Source: an uncultured delta proteobacterium | GTDB lineage: Bacteria > Desulfobacterota > BSN033 > UBA1163 | NCBI GenBank assembly: GCA_963708295.1 | Contig: CAVPSJ010000005.1 | Location: forward strand, 1 to 64,000 | Length of the DNA stretch: 64,000 bases | Direction of reading: 5' to 3' | Part shown: positions 49,793 through 61,700 of the stretch, piece after piece | How the letters are laid out: every line of letters starts with the position of its first letter | Numbering within the stretch: position 1 is the stretch's first letter | Program-made: the position numbers and the translations under genes | Notes under the pieces: generated by a model | What the model saw: the letters and a program-made list of their open reading frames with translations, nothing else | Told to the model about the DNA's origin: nothing | The model's database searches: none

Positions 49793-50701
49793 TTGCAAAT
49801 TGAATTTCGGCATCTGGAAACTTTCTGCCGTGTGGCTGACTTAAAAAGTTTCTCCAAGGCGGCTGACGATCTTTTCCTCACCCAACCCACGGTCAGCGGC
49901 CACATCCTCTCCTTGGAGCAATCGCTATCTCTGCGCCTTTTTGACCGGGCCAGTCGGGAGGTACGGCTCACAAAATCCGGGCAGGTCTTCCAGGAATATG
50001 CTTCAAAAATTTTGTCTCTGCGTCAGGATCTGGTGAATGCATTGAGTGAATTTTCCCTGGGGATCAGGGGAGAACTCTCTTTGGGCAGCAGCACCATTCC
50101 CGGAGAGTACCTCCTCCCCAGACGGATCGGTGATTTCAAAAAAGAACACCCCTCTTTTATCATCTCCCTCAAGATCGCTGATACGAAAGAGGTGATCGAA
50201 TATGTCCTACAGGATCGAGTCGAGATCGGAATCATCGGCGCCAAGGTCAACCATCCTTCCCTCCATTATGAAAAGTATGCAGAAGACGAGATCATCGCCG
50301 TGGCTCCTTCCGATCACCCTCTCACCCGAAAAAAGAAGGTAACCCTCGACGAGCTGCTCGAAGAACCCTGGATCCTTCGGGAGGAAGGCTCTGGAACCCG
50401 GATCGCAGTGGAAAAGGCGTTACGGAGGAAAGGCAAAAGCTTCAGAGAATTCAACGTGGCCATGGAGATGGGGAGCACCTCTTCGGTCAAGGAGGGGGTA
50501 AAGGCCAAATTAGGTCTTGCGTTTATTTCTCAAACAGCCGTCGAGGAAGAAGTCCGTCAAGGCTTCTTTTCGCGAATCGATCTCGATCGCTTTGAACCTA
50601 TCCTCCGACAAATTTATATCGTTTTTCATCGCCGTAGAACGCTTTCCCCGATGGGAATGGAATTCCTTCGATTTCTCAGAAGCAAGAAGGAGAAATCATA
50701 G
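49793..50701 (+). CDS. LysR-family regulator (CysL-like)
   Basis: HTH SFSKAADDLFLTQPTVSGHI; GSSTIPGEYLLP; REEGSGTR; probable TTG start. Confidence 0.92.
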   Translation: MQIEFRHLETFCRVADLKSFSKAADDLFLTQPTVSGHILSLEQSLSLRLFDRASREVRLTKSGQVFQEYASKILSLRQDLVNALSEFSLGIRGELSLGSSTIPGEYLLPRRIGDFKKEHPSFIISLKIADTKEVIEYVLQDRVEIGIIGAKVNHPSLHYEKYAEDEIIAVAPSDHPLTRKKKVTLDELLEEPWILREEGSGTRIAVEKALRRKGKSFREFNVAMEMGSTSSVKEGVKAKLGLAFISQTAVEEEVRQGFFSRIDLDRFEPILRQIYIVFHRRRTLSPMGMEFLRFLRSKKEKS

Positions 50702-50867
50702 AGGGACGGTTTGGGCAGATGATTTCATCTGCTTCTATCTAAGCGTTGCGAAAACAAAAACTTTGGGAGGGGGTCATTCCGGAAAGCCTTCTTGAAGAAA
50801 TAGTTGACTTAGAAACGATTATTATCTTAAATAATAGTGCGGTATGGAAAAATCCAAAGAATCCGGA

Positions 50868-52181
50868 ATGAATAAGATGAAAAGAGTTCTCCCGCTTTTT
50901 CTTTTTTTAGGTCTCTTCGTTTCCTCCGTTGCTGACGCGAGGGTCTATTTTGATATCAATGCCCCGAGCTTCGTCCAAATTCCCATCGTCCTCGCAAAAT
51001 GGAAACCGGTGGACAAAACCCCCTCTTCCTTTTCGGAAAAGGTGTATGAGATTCTGGCCAACGATCTCACGCTTTCCGGTTTTTTCAAGGTGATCGATGC
51101 CAACCGTCTTCCCCCTTCTCTTCGAGAAAGGGACGGCATCCCCAGCCCGTCCGCTTTGCAAGAGTGGATCCCTGCGGGCGGAGAAATTCTCTTGGCGGGC
51201 GAGGCCCTTTTGGAACCGGACGGTCTCAATTTCAAGATGAAATTTCACCTGTACGATTTAGTGGAGCAGAAACACATTGTTGGGAAGCAGTACGAAGGCA
51301 ATTTACAAACCCTTCGACCCGCAGTGCACCGAATGGCGGACGAGATCCTTCTTCAAATCACGGGGGAGAAGGGGGTTCACAATACCAAGATCGCCTACGT
51401 GCTTCTTCAGGGAACGGGCAAAGAGATTTGTATTGCTGATTTCGACGGCACGAACGTCAAACAGATCACTCAGAATAAGTCCATCAACCTTTCGCCGGCC
51501 TGGGCTCCCGACGGGAAGCAAATCGCCTTCACCTCCTACCTCAGACGAAATCCGGATCTTTACCTAATCGACGTGGATGGGAAGAACTTTCAACTCTTCT
51601 CTCGATATCCTGGGTTGAACGTCTCTCCCTCCTGGTCACCCGACGGGAAAAAGATCGCTCTGATGATGGGAATGGAGGGAAAATCAGATATCTATCTCAT
51701 GGAGTCCAACGGAGGCAACCCCAGGAAGTTGACGAGGGGGCACGGCAATGAGGCTTCGCCCACATGGTCCCCGGATGGTGAGTCGATCGCTTTCGTCTCC
51801 GACCGATCCGGGTCTCCACAAATCTATATCATGGCGCGGGATGGGTCCAACGTGCGCCGACTGACGTTCGAAGGCAGTTACAATACCAATCCTTCCTGGT
51901 CCCCCAAAGGGGACCGGATCGCTTTTTGTTCAAGGGCAGAAGGGCGTTTCGAGATTGTTACGATTGGAATCGATGGATCGGGGCTCCGGAGGCTGACATC
52001 CAATTCCGGAAATAATGAAAACCCCAGTTGGTCGCCGGATGGCCGTTATATTGCCTTCAGTTCCAGCCGGACAAGGGCGTTGAAGATTTTCATCATGAAT
52101 GCAAATGGCTTCAATCAGAGACCGTTAACGACATCGAAGGGAGGTGAATCGAACCCTGCCTGGTCAAGGCGGTTTGAGTAA
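50868..52181 (+). CDS. tolB: Tol-Pal beta-propeller protein TolB
   Basis: Signal peptide, NDLTLSGFF, HRMADEI, PD40 repeats (SPxWSPDG). Confidence 0.95.
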   Translation: MNKMKRVLPLFLFLGLFVSSVADARVYFDINAPSFVQIPIVLAKWKPVDKTPSSFSEKVYEILANDLTLSGFFKVIDANRLPPSLRERDGIPSPSALQEWIPAGGEILLAGEALLEPDGLNFKMKFHLYDLVEQKHIVGKQYEGNLQTLRPAVHRMADEILLQITGEKGVHNTKIAYVLLQGTGKEICIADFDGTNVKQITQNKSINLSPAWAPDGKQIAFTSYLRRNPDLYLIDVDGKNFQLFSRYPGLNVSPSWSPDGKKIALMMGMEGKSDIYLMESNGGNPRKLTRGHGNEASPTWSPDGESIAFVSDRSGSPQIYIMARDGSNVRRLTFEGSYNTNPSWSPKGDRIAFCSRAEGRFEIVTIGIDGSGLRRLTSNSGNNENPSWSPDGRYIAFSSSRTRALKIFIMNANGFNQRPLTTSKGGESNPAWSRRFE

Positions 52182-52182
52182 G

Positions 52183-52280
52183 CCCCGTTAGAGATGACAG
52201 GCCTTTGCCCTCTGCTCTATCTGTAAGCAAGTGAAGCCTGTGATAGGACCCCACCCTGCATGACGGAGACTCTAACAGGG
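52183..52280. mobile_element. Short MITE-like element between tolB and pal
   Basis: Terminal inverted repeats CCCCGTTAGAG / CTCTAACAGGG; a similar end (TTTCTAACGGAG) occurs near 23065. Confidence 0.5.
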
Positions 52281-52318
52281 AAATGAGTTTTTCAAATCAT
52301 TTATGAAGGGAGGTTGCC

Positions 52319-52888
52319 ATGCGTAAGAAAAGTCTCATGATCACTGTTCTCATCCTCTGCCTCGGGCTCGTCATGATGGGTTGTCCGAAAAAGACGGCCG
52401 TGAAAGAAGAACCCTCCGTCAAGAAGGAAGAAGCAGCCAAGTCTGAAGCAGAGCGTGCCGCAAAGGAAAAAGGAACGACCACCAAAGAACAATTCGAGAA
52501 AAGCCTTGTCGCGGAGAGGACCCCTGGGATCGAAGGACAGGTTTTCGAAAGCTCCCTGCTCAAGGATATTCACTTTAACTTCGACAAATATGACATCCGT
52601 CCTGAAGATGCAGCCCTTCTGAAAGAAAATGCAGCCCTTCTGAAGAAATTCGCTAATGTCAAGGTCCAAATCGAGGGCCATTGTGATGAACGAGGAACCG
52701 TAGAATATAACCTCGCCCTCGGTGAGAGGCGGGCCAACAGGACAAAGGATTATCTCGTCTCATTAGGCATCTCCGCAGCCCGTATTTCCACGATCAGTTA
52801 CGGAAAGGAGAAACCGCTCGATCCCGGCCATGAAGAAGAAGCCTGGGCCAAAAATCGAAGGGCCCATACCATTATCACGGGAAAATAA
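52319..52888 (+). CDS. pal: Peptidoglycan-associated lipoprotein Pal
   Basis: Lipobox MMGC; IEGHCDERGTVEYNLALGERRA; SYGKEKP; NRR. Confidence 0.96.
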   Translation: MRKKSLMITVLILCLGLVMMGCPKKTAVKEEPSVKKEEAAKSEAERAAKEKGTTTKEQFEKSLVAERTPGIEGQVFESSLLKDIHFNFDKYDIRPEDAALLKENAALLKKFANVKVQIEGHCDERGTVEYNLALGERRANRTKDYLVSLGISAARISTISYGKEKPLDPGHEEEAWAKNRRAHTIITGK

Positions 52889-52972
52889 TGAGCCGCAGCA
52901 CTCCTCCGGGAGTTCCAACGGTCGCGAGGAGAGCTTGTTCACCCAAAAAACAACTTTTGCAAAGGTGATGGT

Positions 52973-53833
52973 ATGAAAAGATGGATTGTCTTTTTAATAG
53001 GATTGTTGCTTTTCGGATGTGCCAGCGCCAGGGATGTACGAGTGCTGGATAAAGAGATGGATAAGCTCTATTCCCAGGTTAATACCCTCCGAAAAGAAAA
53101 TGAATTGACCAAGAACGACTTATCTAACCTGAGGACAGAAAACCAAAAGTTGAAGACGGACCTCTCGCTCCGGCTCGAGAATATTCAATCTGAAATGCAA
53201 TCCCTTTCGACAGATATCGAGGAATACAAGGAATTGCTGAAACGACCCTCCAAGGATGTGGACCGTATCAAAGACGATTTGGAAGTCCGCTTGAAAGGTC
53301 TCGAAGAAAGGAGAAAAAATCAGGAGGAAAAAATCAGGGAGTTAGAGGAACGCCTTAAGTCACCCGAGCCTAAAACGTCCGACCCAGGGCTGAAACCAAT
53401 GGAGCCGGAGAAGCCCGCTTCCGCCAAAGAGATCCCCGCCGAGACAAAGGGAAGCTCCGCCGGGATTGGAGACCTCTATAAAGATGCTTATGAGACATTC
53501 TATCGGGGAGATTTGGAAGTAGCCCGAAGAAAATTCGAAACTTTCCTCAAACAATATCCCAACACAGAACTTTCTGACAACGCCCAGTTTTGGATCGGGG
53601 AGACTTACTATCTGAAAAAGGATTATGAGAAAGCGATTCTAGAATACGAGAAGGCGATCGTGAAATATCCGGAAGGGGATAAGATACCCTCGGCGATGTT
53701 CAAACAAGCCCTTTCCTTCTTGGAACTCAAGGATAAGACGAATGCCAGAACGTTGTTCAAGCGGGTGATCGAAAAATATCCTCGCTCCGACCAGGCCGAA
53801 ATGGCCAAAAAGAGGTTGGAAGCGATCAAATAG
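52973..53833 (+). CDS. cpoB: Tol-Pal protein CpoB/YbgF
   Basis: Lipobox LFGC, coiled coil, TPR NAQFWIGE...YPEGDK. Confidence 0.92.
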   Translation: MKRWIVFLIGLLLFGCASARDVRVLDKEMDKLYSQVNTLRKENELTKNDLSNLRTENQKLKTDLSLRLENIQSEMQSLSTDIEEYKELLKRPSKDVDRIKDDLEVRLKGLEERRKNQEEKIRELEERLKSPEPKTSDPGLKPMEPEKPASAKEIPAETKGSSAGIGDLYKDAYETFYRGDLEVARRKFETFLKQYPNTELSDNAQFWIGETYYLKKDYEKAILEYEKAIVKYPEGDKIPSAMFKQALSFLELKDKTNARTLFKRVIEKYPRSDQAEMAKKRLEAIK

Positions 53834-53853
53834 AAACTGGAACCCGCCAATAA

Positions 53854-53892
53854 AAGAAGGCCCATCCCTCCTCAAAGGGGATGGGCCTTCTT
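53854..53892. terminator. Bidirectional terminator between cpoB and the Rieske gene
   Basis: AAGAAGGCCCATCCC...GGGATGGGCCTTCTT. Confidence 0.7.
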
Positions 53893-53932
53893 GCCTCTCG
53901 GTTTCTTCCTAGCGGAAGCAACGGCCCGCCCC

Positions 53933-54244
53933 TTAGACAGTGTAAATGTCCTGATTCTTGTCAATCTTAAGTTCGATTGGAGTAAGGCTGTCCATCTTGT
54001 TAAAAAGGGAGCTGTATTTATACACCGTACCATCATCCACATTAAAAATAGAAAGATGACATTCACACAATAATCTATTAATATCCGCATCCCATACAAT
54101 GGTCCCTCCTTCGTGAGGGCAAACCCTGCTGTACGCAACCAGTTTGTCTTTTTTCGTTCTCACTAAGATACCCTCTTTCCCTTTGAATTGAAAATTGACA
54201 GATTCTCCACGCTTCAGATTCTTCAGGTTTCCGATCTTTTCCAT
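53933..54244 (-). CDS. Small Rieske [2Fe-2S] protein
   Basis: CPHEG ... CECH ligand motifs. Confidence 0.88.
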   Translation of the reverse strand: MEKIGNLKNLKRGESVNFQFKGKEGILVRTKKDKLVAYSRVCPHEGGTIVWDADINRLLCECHLSIFNVDDGTVYKYSSLFNKMDSLTPIELKIDKNQDIYTV

Positions 54245-54402
54245 CTTTCCTCTCCTTACTGATTATTTTTTAAGGGACTTCAGTCCGTTCGAGATCTAAG
54301 ACGCCGAATCATCGTGTTTGCATCGTGTGATCAATTAAGTTGAATATAGAAAAAACGGGATGGGTTGTCAAGATCCTGTAGGAACACTCGCGCCACATAC
54401 AC

Positions 54403-54443
54403 AAAAAAAAGGCTCATGCTGTCGTCTAACAGGATGAGCCTTT
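54403..54443 (-). terminator. Intrinsic terminator after rpoC
   Basis: Minus strand AAAGGCTCATCCTG...CAGCATGAGCC followed by T8. Confidence 0.7.
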
Positions 54444-54503
54444 CGTAGTTTCTCGATCGATTCTTACTTGATCCCTTGCCCCTTGAACCTTCAGCTTCTA
54501 TTC

Positions 54504-57500
54504 TCAGGCAGCTGCTTCTGCCGTCGGCTCTCCCTCGCCTTCGGTTGGAGTCTCTTCTCCCGTGTATCCCTCCACCCAAAGCTCCAAGGCTTTGTACTTG
54601 GAGAGACCGGTACCGGCCGGGATCAGGCGTCCCATGATGACATTCTCCTTCAATCCTTTCAGATTGTCCACCTTGCCTGCGACCGCTGCCTGGGTCAGCA
54701 CCTTGGTCGTCTCCTGGAAGGAGGCGGCAGAGATGAAGCTATCCGTGATGAGGGAAGCCTTCGTGATTCCCAGGAAGAGAGGCTCGCCCTCAGCGGGTTT
54801 TCCTCCATCCTCCATGACTCGGGCATTCTCTTCTTCAAAAACAAATTTTTCCACTTGGTCGTCCACCAAAAAGTGAGTGTCCCCTACTTCGCGGATCTTC
54901 ACCCTTTTGAGCATCTGGCGAACGATGACTTCGATATGTTTATCGTTAATCTTGACCCCCTGGAGTTTATATACCTCCTGGATTTCATCCACCAGATACC
55001 GGGCCAGGGCCTTATCCCCCAATACTCTTAAAATATCATGGGGATTGGAAGGGCCATCCATCAAGGCCTCCCCTGCTCGGACAAAATCGCCTTCATGGAC
55101 GCTGACATGTTTTCCCCTGGAAACCATGTATTCTTTGACTTCGCCCACCTCGGGCCGAATGACCACCTTCCTTTTCCCCTTGAGGTCCTTTCCGAATTCA
55201 ACCATTCCGTCAATATCGCTGATCAAGGCATACTCTTTGGGCTTTCTGGCCTCAAAAAGTTCAGCCACCCGAGGAAGACCTCCTGTGATATCTTTCGTCT
55301 TCGTCGTCTCCCGCGGGATCTTCACGATGACATCCCCCGCTTCTACCGCATCCCCTTCGGAGATAAAAATGTTGGCTCCCACCGGAAGAAGATATCGAGC
55401 CTGGGACGCAGAACCCGGAAGATTCAGCGTCCTGCCCTTATCATCCTTGATGGAGATCCTTGGCCGAAGCTCCGCGTCTTTTGATTCCGTGATCACTTTT
55501 CTGGAAAGGCCGGTGAATTCATCCACCTGTTCCTGCATCGTTGCCCCTTCGATGATATCTCCAAACTTCACCCTCCCCGAAACCTCCGTCAAAACAGGGA
55601 TGGCGTAAGGATCCCACTCCGCCAGGATCTCTCCCTCTTTTACCTTCTGTCCATCCTTGACCTTCAGTTTCGCTCCATAAATCACCGAATACCGTCTTCG
55701 TTCCCTCCCATTTTCATCCAAGACGGCAATTTCGCCGTTGCGGTTCATGACGATCAGATTCCCTTCGCGGTTTTTCACGCTCTTGAGGTTGATAAATTTT
55801 ACCCTCCCGTCAATCCGACATTCCAGCGTGGTCTGCTCCGCCCTCCGGCTGGCTGTTCCGCCGATGTGGAAGGTCCTCATCGTCAGCTGGGTTCCCGGCT
55901 CACCAATCGACTGAGCAGCGATAATACCGATCGCCTCGCCCACATTGACCAGCCTTCCGCGGGCCAAATCTCTTCCATAACAAAGGGCACAGACACCTTG
56001 TCTTGATTTGCACGTCAGCACGGATCGAATCTTGACCTTATCAATGCCGATATCCTCGATGCGATCGGCTAACGTCTCGTCAATCTCTTCACTGCCTTTG
56101 GCAATCACCTCATTCGAGAAGGGGTCCCGGATTTCTTCTAAAGCCACGCGGCCCAGAATTCTTTCTTTCATCGACTCGATGATCTCCCCTCCTTCGACGA
56201 GCGACTCGACTTCGATCCCATCCAGAGTGCCGCAGTCATGCTCTCTAATCACGACGTCCTGAGCCACATCGACCAATCGCCGGGTGAGATATCCCGCGTT
56301 GGCTGTCTTCAGGGCCGTATCCGCAAGCCCCTTCCGGGCCCCGTGGGTAGAGATGAAGTACTGCAAAACCGTCAGCCCCTCACGAAAGTTGGCGGTGATG
56401 GGAGTTTCGATGATCTCTCCTGAAGGTTTGGCCATCAGACCCCGCATCCCGGCCAATTGTCGCACCTGTTGGGCGCTGCCTCGAGCCCCGGAGTCGGCCA
56501 TGATGTAAATCGGGTTAAAACTCTCCGTGGTCTGTTTCTCGCCGGAAGGAGCCACCACCTCCTCATTCCCCAGTTCCTTCAACATCACCCCTGCGATGTT
56601 CTCCGTGACCTGAGCCCAGATATCGATGACTTTATTGTATCGCTCCCCGTCGGTAATCAATCCGTCGGTATATTGTTCTTGAACCCTCTCGATCTCCCGC
56701 TCCGCTTCTTGAAGGAGCTTCCCTTTATTGGAAGGAATCAGCATATCGTCCAGGGAGATTGAAATCCCGGCCAAGGTCGCGTAATAATAACCCAAACCCT
56801 TCAACCGATCGGAGAGAAGGACCGTTTTCTTATCTCCTCCATACCGGTAGCAATAGTCGATGAGATTGGCGAGCTCGCTTTTCTTCATTACTTTATTGAT
56901 TAATCGGAACGGGATCTCCTCGGGGAGAACCTCTTTCAGGAGGATCCGCCCGACGGTGGTCTCGATGAGTTCCCCGTCCAATCGGACTTTGATCCGGGCG
57001 TGGAGGTCGATTTCATTCGCATCGTAAGCGATCCGGACCTCCTCTGGACTTGCGAACACTTTCCCTTCCCCTTTGACATAGGGGCGCTCCCGGGTCATGT
57101 AATAAATCCCGAGGACGATGTCCTGCGTCGGAATAATGATCGGCTTCCCGTTGGCGGGGGAGAGGATATTATTGGTGGACATCATCAGAATCCTCGCCTC
57201 CGACTGGGCCTCCACGGAGAGGGGAACATGGACTGCCATCTGGTCCCCGTCGAAATCCGCGTTAAAGGCAGCACAGACCAGCGGGTGAAGTTGGATGGCC
57301 TTGCCCTCGATCAAAACGGGCTCGAAGGCTTGTATTCCTAACCGGTGAAGGGTGGGAGCACGATTGAGAAGCACGGGATGTTCCCGAATGACTTCATCCA
57401 AGACATCCCACACCTCGGGCCTCTCCTTTTCCAACATCTTCTTCGCACTCTTGATCGTCGTCACCAAACCCTTTTCTTCCAAACGGTGATAGATGAAGGG

Positions 57501-58634
57501 CTTAAAGAGTTCGAGGGCCATCTTCTTGGGAAGCCCGCATTGATGTAATTTCAGCTCGGGACCGACGACGATCACGGAACGTCCGGAATAGTCCACTCGC
57601 TTCCCCAAAAGGTTCTGACGGAATCGGCCCTGCTTCCCTCTGAGCATATCGCTCAGCGATTTGAGAGGTTTCTTATTCGCCCCTAAAATCGTCCTCCCCC
57701 TCTTCCCGTTGTCGAACAAGGCATCCACGGCTTCCTGAAGCATCCGTTTCTCGTTTCGGATGATGATCTCCGGCGCATTCAACTCGAGAAGCCGTTTCAG
57801 ACGGTTGTTTCGATTAATCACCCTTCGGTAAAGATCGTTGAGATCGGAGGTGGCAAACCGACCCCCGTCCAAAGGAACCAGAGGACGAAGATCCGGCGGA
57901 ATCACGGGAACCACTTCCAAGATCATCCACTCCGGCTTGTTTCCCGACTCCAAGAAGGACTCAATAATCTTCAATCGCTTGGCCAACCTCTTCTTTTTCG
58001 CTTCTGAGGCCGTCTCCTTCATCTCTGCCCGGAGTTTCTGGGAGAGTTCCTTGACGTTGGTACCTCTCAGCAGCTCTCGAATGGCCTCCGCCCCCTGAGC
58101 CGCCGCAAAATCCTCCCCGTACTTTTCCCTCGCTTCCCGGTATCGATCTTCGGAGAGGATTTCGTTCTTCTTCAAAGGCGTTTTCTTTCCGTCGAGAACA
58201 AGGTAAGCTTCAAAGTAGAGAATGCGTTCCAATTCTCTTAACGTCATATCCGAAAGGATCCCGATCTTACTGGGAATGCTCTTAAGGAACCAGATATGAG
58301 CCACAGGGGTGGCAAGCCGGATATGTCCCATCCTCTCCCTGCGCACCTTGGATTGAATCACCTCCACACCGCACTTTTCGCAGACAATACCTCGATGTTT
58401 CATGCGCTTATATTTACCGCAATTGCATTCATAATCTTTCGTAGGACCGAAGATCTTGGCACAGAAGAGCCCGTCTTTTTCCGGTTTGAAAGTTCGATAG
58501 TTGATGGTCTCCGGCTTCTTCACCTCTCCGTGGGACCACGACTCAATCTTTTCCGGAGAGGCAATGGAGATTCGGATGGCATTGTAGCTAATCGGAGTCT
58601 TCCCCTTCTCAAAGAATGATAGATAATCTTCCAA
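54504..58634 (-). CDS. rpoC: RNA polymerase beta' subunit
   Basis: Zn finger, NADFDGD, trigger loop with SI3 insertion; AGGAGG RBS before TTG at 58634. Confidence 0.98.
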   Translation of the reverse strand: MEDYLSFFEKGKTPISYNAIRISIASPEKIESWSHGEVKKPETINYRTFKPEKDGLFCAKIFGPTKDYECNCGKYKRMKHRGIVCEKCGVEVIQSKVRRERMGHIRLATPVAHIWFLKSIPSKIGILSDMTLRELERILYFEAYLVLDGKKTPLKKNEILSEDRYREAREKYGEDFAAAQGAEAIRELLRGTNVKELSQKLRAEMKETASEAKKKRLAKRLKIIESFLESGNKPEWMILEVVPVIPPDLRPLVPLDGGRFATSDLNDLYRRVINRNNRLKRLLELNAPEIIIRNEKRMLQEAVDALFDNGKRGRTILGANKKPLKSLSDMLRGKQGRFRQNLLGKRVDYSGRSVIVVGPELKLHQCGLPKKMALELFKPFIYHRLEEKGLVTTIKSAKKMLEKERPEVWDVLDEVIREHPVLLNRAPTLHRLGIQAFEPVLIEGKAIQLHPLVCAAFNADFDGDQMAVHVPLSVEAQSEARILMMSTNNILSPANGKPIIIPTQDIVLGIYYMTRERPYVKGEGKVFASPEEVRIAYDANEIDLHARIKVRLDGELIETTVGRILLKEVLPEEIPFRLINKVMKKSELANLIDYCYRYGGDKKTVLLSDRLKGLGYYYATLAGISISLDDMLIPSNKGKLLQEAEREIERVQEQYTDGLITDGERYNKVIDIWAQVTENIAGVMLKELGNEEVVAPSGEKQTTESFNPIYIMADSGARGSAQQVRQLAGMRGLMAKPSGEIIETPITANFREGLTVLQYFISTHGARKGLADTALKTANAGYLTRRLVDVAQDVVIREHDCGTLDGIEVESLVEGGEIIESMKERILGRVALEEIRDPFSNEVIAKGSEEIDETLADRIEDIGIDKVKIRSVLTCKSRQGVCALCYGRDLARGRLVNVGEAIGIIAAQSIGEPGTQLTMRTFHIGGTASRRAEQTTLECRIDGRVKFINLKSVKNREGNLIVMNRNGEIAVLDENGRERRRYSVIYGAKLKVKDGQKVKEGEILAEWDPYAIPVLTEVSGRVKFGDIIEGATMQEQVDEFTGLSRKVITESKDAELRPRISIKDDKGRTLNLPGSASQARYLLPVGANIFISEGDAVEAGDVIVKIPRETTKTKDITGGLPRVAELFEARKPKEYALISDIDGMVEFGKDLKGKRKVVIRPEVGEVKEYMVSRGKHVSVHEGDFVRAGEALMDGPSNPHDILRVLGDKALARYLVDEIQEVYKLQGVKINDKHIEVIVRQMLKRVKIREVGDTHFLVDDQVEKFVFEEENARVMEDGGKPAEGEPLFLGITKASLITDSFISAASFQETTKVLTQAAVAGKVDNLKGLKENVIMGRLIPAGTGLSKYKALELWVEGYTGEETPTEGEGEPTAEAAA

Positions 58635-58739
58635 GGTTCTCCTCCTTTGCCCTGGACTTACATCCAAGGAATGACAGATGTCAAAACCCCGATGGACTTC
58701 ACTTGAACTTTGGAATTTGACATTTGAACTTTTCTCAAT

Positions 58740-61700
58740 TTAAATTTCTTCCCTCTTCTCCTCGACGAGTTCCGTGTCGAGACAGAGGCTCTGTAATTCC
58801 TTCACCAAAACGTTGAATGACTCCGGCAACCCGGGCTCCAGCGTATGTTCCCCTTTGACGATCGCCTCGTAGACCCGCGTCCTTCCCGCGACATCATCCG
58901 ACTTCACGGTCAAGAACTCTTGCAGGGAATGAGCTGCCCCATAGGCCTCTAAGGCCCACACTTCCATCTCTCCCAACCGCTGTCCTCCGAACTGAGCCTT
59001 GCCACCCAACGGCTGTTGCGTCACCAAAGAATATGGACCGATGGACCTTGCATGAATCTTGTCGTCCACGAGGTGGTGCAATTTAAGGATGTACATGTAG
59101 CCGACCGTCACCTTCTGATGGAACGGCTCTCCCGTCCTTCCGTCATAAAGGACGGTTTGCCCGGAGGTCGGGAGTCCCGCTTTCTCCAAAAGGTTCTTAA
59201 TCTCCTCTTCCGAAGCTCCATCGAAAACAGGAACCGAAACGAAAATTCCTTCGCCCAACCGGCGAGCCAAATCCACAATCTCCTCGTCGGTCGCCTGCTC
59301 CAGATAGGTGTTCACCTCTTTCGAGGAATAAATTTCTTTGATCTTTCTTCGGAGCAAACTCGGATTGAAATGTTTCCGCAAAAACTCCTCGATCTTCCAT
59401 CCGAGCCCCTTGGCCGCCCATCCCAGGTGAGTCTCGAGAATCTGGCCTACGTTCATTCGCGACGGGACTCCCAGCGGATTGAGAATGACATCCACCGGCG
59501 TCCCATCCTCTAAGTACGGCATGTCCTCCTCCGGGAGAATCCGGGAGATGATCCCTTTGTTCCCGTGACGTCCTGACATTTTATCTCCTACAGAAAGTTT
59601 CCGTTTCATGGCGATATAAACCTTGACGGTCTTGATCACGCCCGGAGCCAATTCGTCTCCCCTCTTCAGCTTCGCCAATTTATCTGCAAAAACTTCCTTC
59701 ACCACGTTGATCTGGAGCTCTGCGTGATCCAGAAAACGGTGAACGTCCGCAAGAACCCTCTTCCCCTCGACGATATCAATCTCCTTGAGTCGGTCGAACG
59801 GAATGGTCATCAGATGTTCCTCTTTAATCTTATCTTTGGCCTCCAAATAGACCCTGTTTTTCTTGTCATCCGAAACTTTGTGGGCGGCCCGCTTCCCGGC
59901 CAAATATTTCCCGATTTTCCTCCTCGTGCTGTTCTGGATGATCCGGATTTCATCGGCCTGATTCTTTAACAACCTCGCCTTCTCCTGGTCCTCGATCGCC
60001 TTCGTCCTCTCGTCTCTCTCCTGTCCCTTCCGGGAAAAAACCTTAGCGTCAATCACAATTCCCTCAATCCCGTGAGGAACTCTCAACGAGGTATCCCGGA
60101 CGTCTCCAGCCTTTTCGCCAAAGATGGCTCGAAGGAGTTTTTCTTCCGGGGAGAGTTGGGTTTCTCCCTTGGGGGTCACTTTTCCGACGAGAATGTCGCC
60201 GGGGTTCACCTCGGCTCCGATCCGGATGATCCCGCTCTCATCCAAGTCCTTCAAGGCCTCCTCCCCCGCATTGGGAATGTCACAGGTGATCTCCTCTTTT
60301 CCTAACTTGGTGTCCCGGGCCACACACTCCATTTCTTCGATATGGATCGAGGTGTAGGTATCTTCCTTCAGCAGCTTCTCGCTCATGAGGATGGAGTCTT
60401 CAAAATTATATCCCCCCCAGGGCATAAAGCCGACCAGGACATTCCGTCCCAGAGCCAACTCTCCCATATTGGTCGCTGGCCCGTCTGCGATCACCTCACC
60501 CTTCTTGACGTGTTCTCCGGTATAGACGATCGGCCTTTGATTGATGCAGGTATTTTGATTGGACCTTTTGTATTTAATCAACGTATAGATATCGACTCCC
60601 GGGTCATCCGCTTTTTGACCATCCTCGTCAGCACGGATGACGATTCGTGAGGCATCGACATCTTCCACCACGCCATCTCGTTTGGCCACGATCGTCACCC
60701 CGGAATCTCTCGCCACGATCGCTTCCATTCCCGTCCCGATCAACGGGGCATCGGTCTTGAGGAGCGGGACGGCCTGGCGCTGCATATTCGATCCCATGAG
60801 GGCTCGGTTGGCATCATCATTCTCCAAAAAGGGAACGAGGGAGGTGGCCACGCTCACCAGCTGCTTCGGCGACACATCCATGTACCGAATCTCATCGGAT
60901 TTTACCATCATAAACTCGCCCCCTCTTCGGGCGGAGATGAGCGGAGCGGTAAATCTCCCTTCTTTATCCAACGGGGCGTTGGCTTGAGCAATGGCGGGTT
61001 TTTGCCCGTCAACCTCTTCCTCCTCATCCAGGGCAAAGAGATATCGGATATGGTTGGTGACTTTTCCATGGGACACTTCCCGGTAAGGGGTCTCGATAAA
61101 CCCATAGTCATTGACGCGGGCATAGGTGCTGAGAGAGGTGATCAAGCCGATGTTCGGGCCTTCCGGGGTCTCGATCGGGCAGATTCGACCATAATGGGTG
61201 GGGTGGACGTCCCTCACCTCAAACCCTGCCCTTTCTCGGGTGAGCCCGCCGGGGCCCAATGCAGACAGCCGACGCTTGTGCGTAATCTCTGAAAGAGGGT
61301 TCGTCTGGTCCATAAATTGGGAAAGCTGGCTCGAACCAAAGAACTCCTTGATGACGGCTGATAGCGGTTTTGAGTTGATGAGATCATGGGGCATCAGGGT
61401 CTCCACATCTTGAAGACTCATTCGCTCCTTAATCGCCCTTTCGATCCTCACAAGCCCGATGTGGTATTGATTCTCCAGCAGCTCTCCCACGGTCCTGACA
61501 CGGCGGTTTCCCAAATGGTCAATGTCGTCCACCGCCCCCTGACCATCTTTCAGTTTGATCAAGTATTTAACCACCTCAAGGATGTCTTTTCGCCTCAGGG
61601 TGGTCTTCTCATCTTCCAGAATCTTCCGAATCTTCCCCTGAACATCATCCGTGAGGGTCCCATCCTTCATGGAGGGCATCAGCCCGATGGGATGAAGGAT

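Noticed and set aside
50868-53833. tolB-pal-cpoB without adjacent tolQRA
   Set aside because: Split tol loci are common, and tolQRA may lie elsewhere in the genome.
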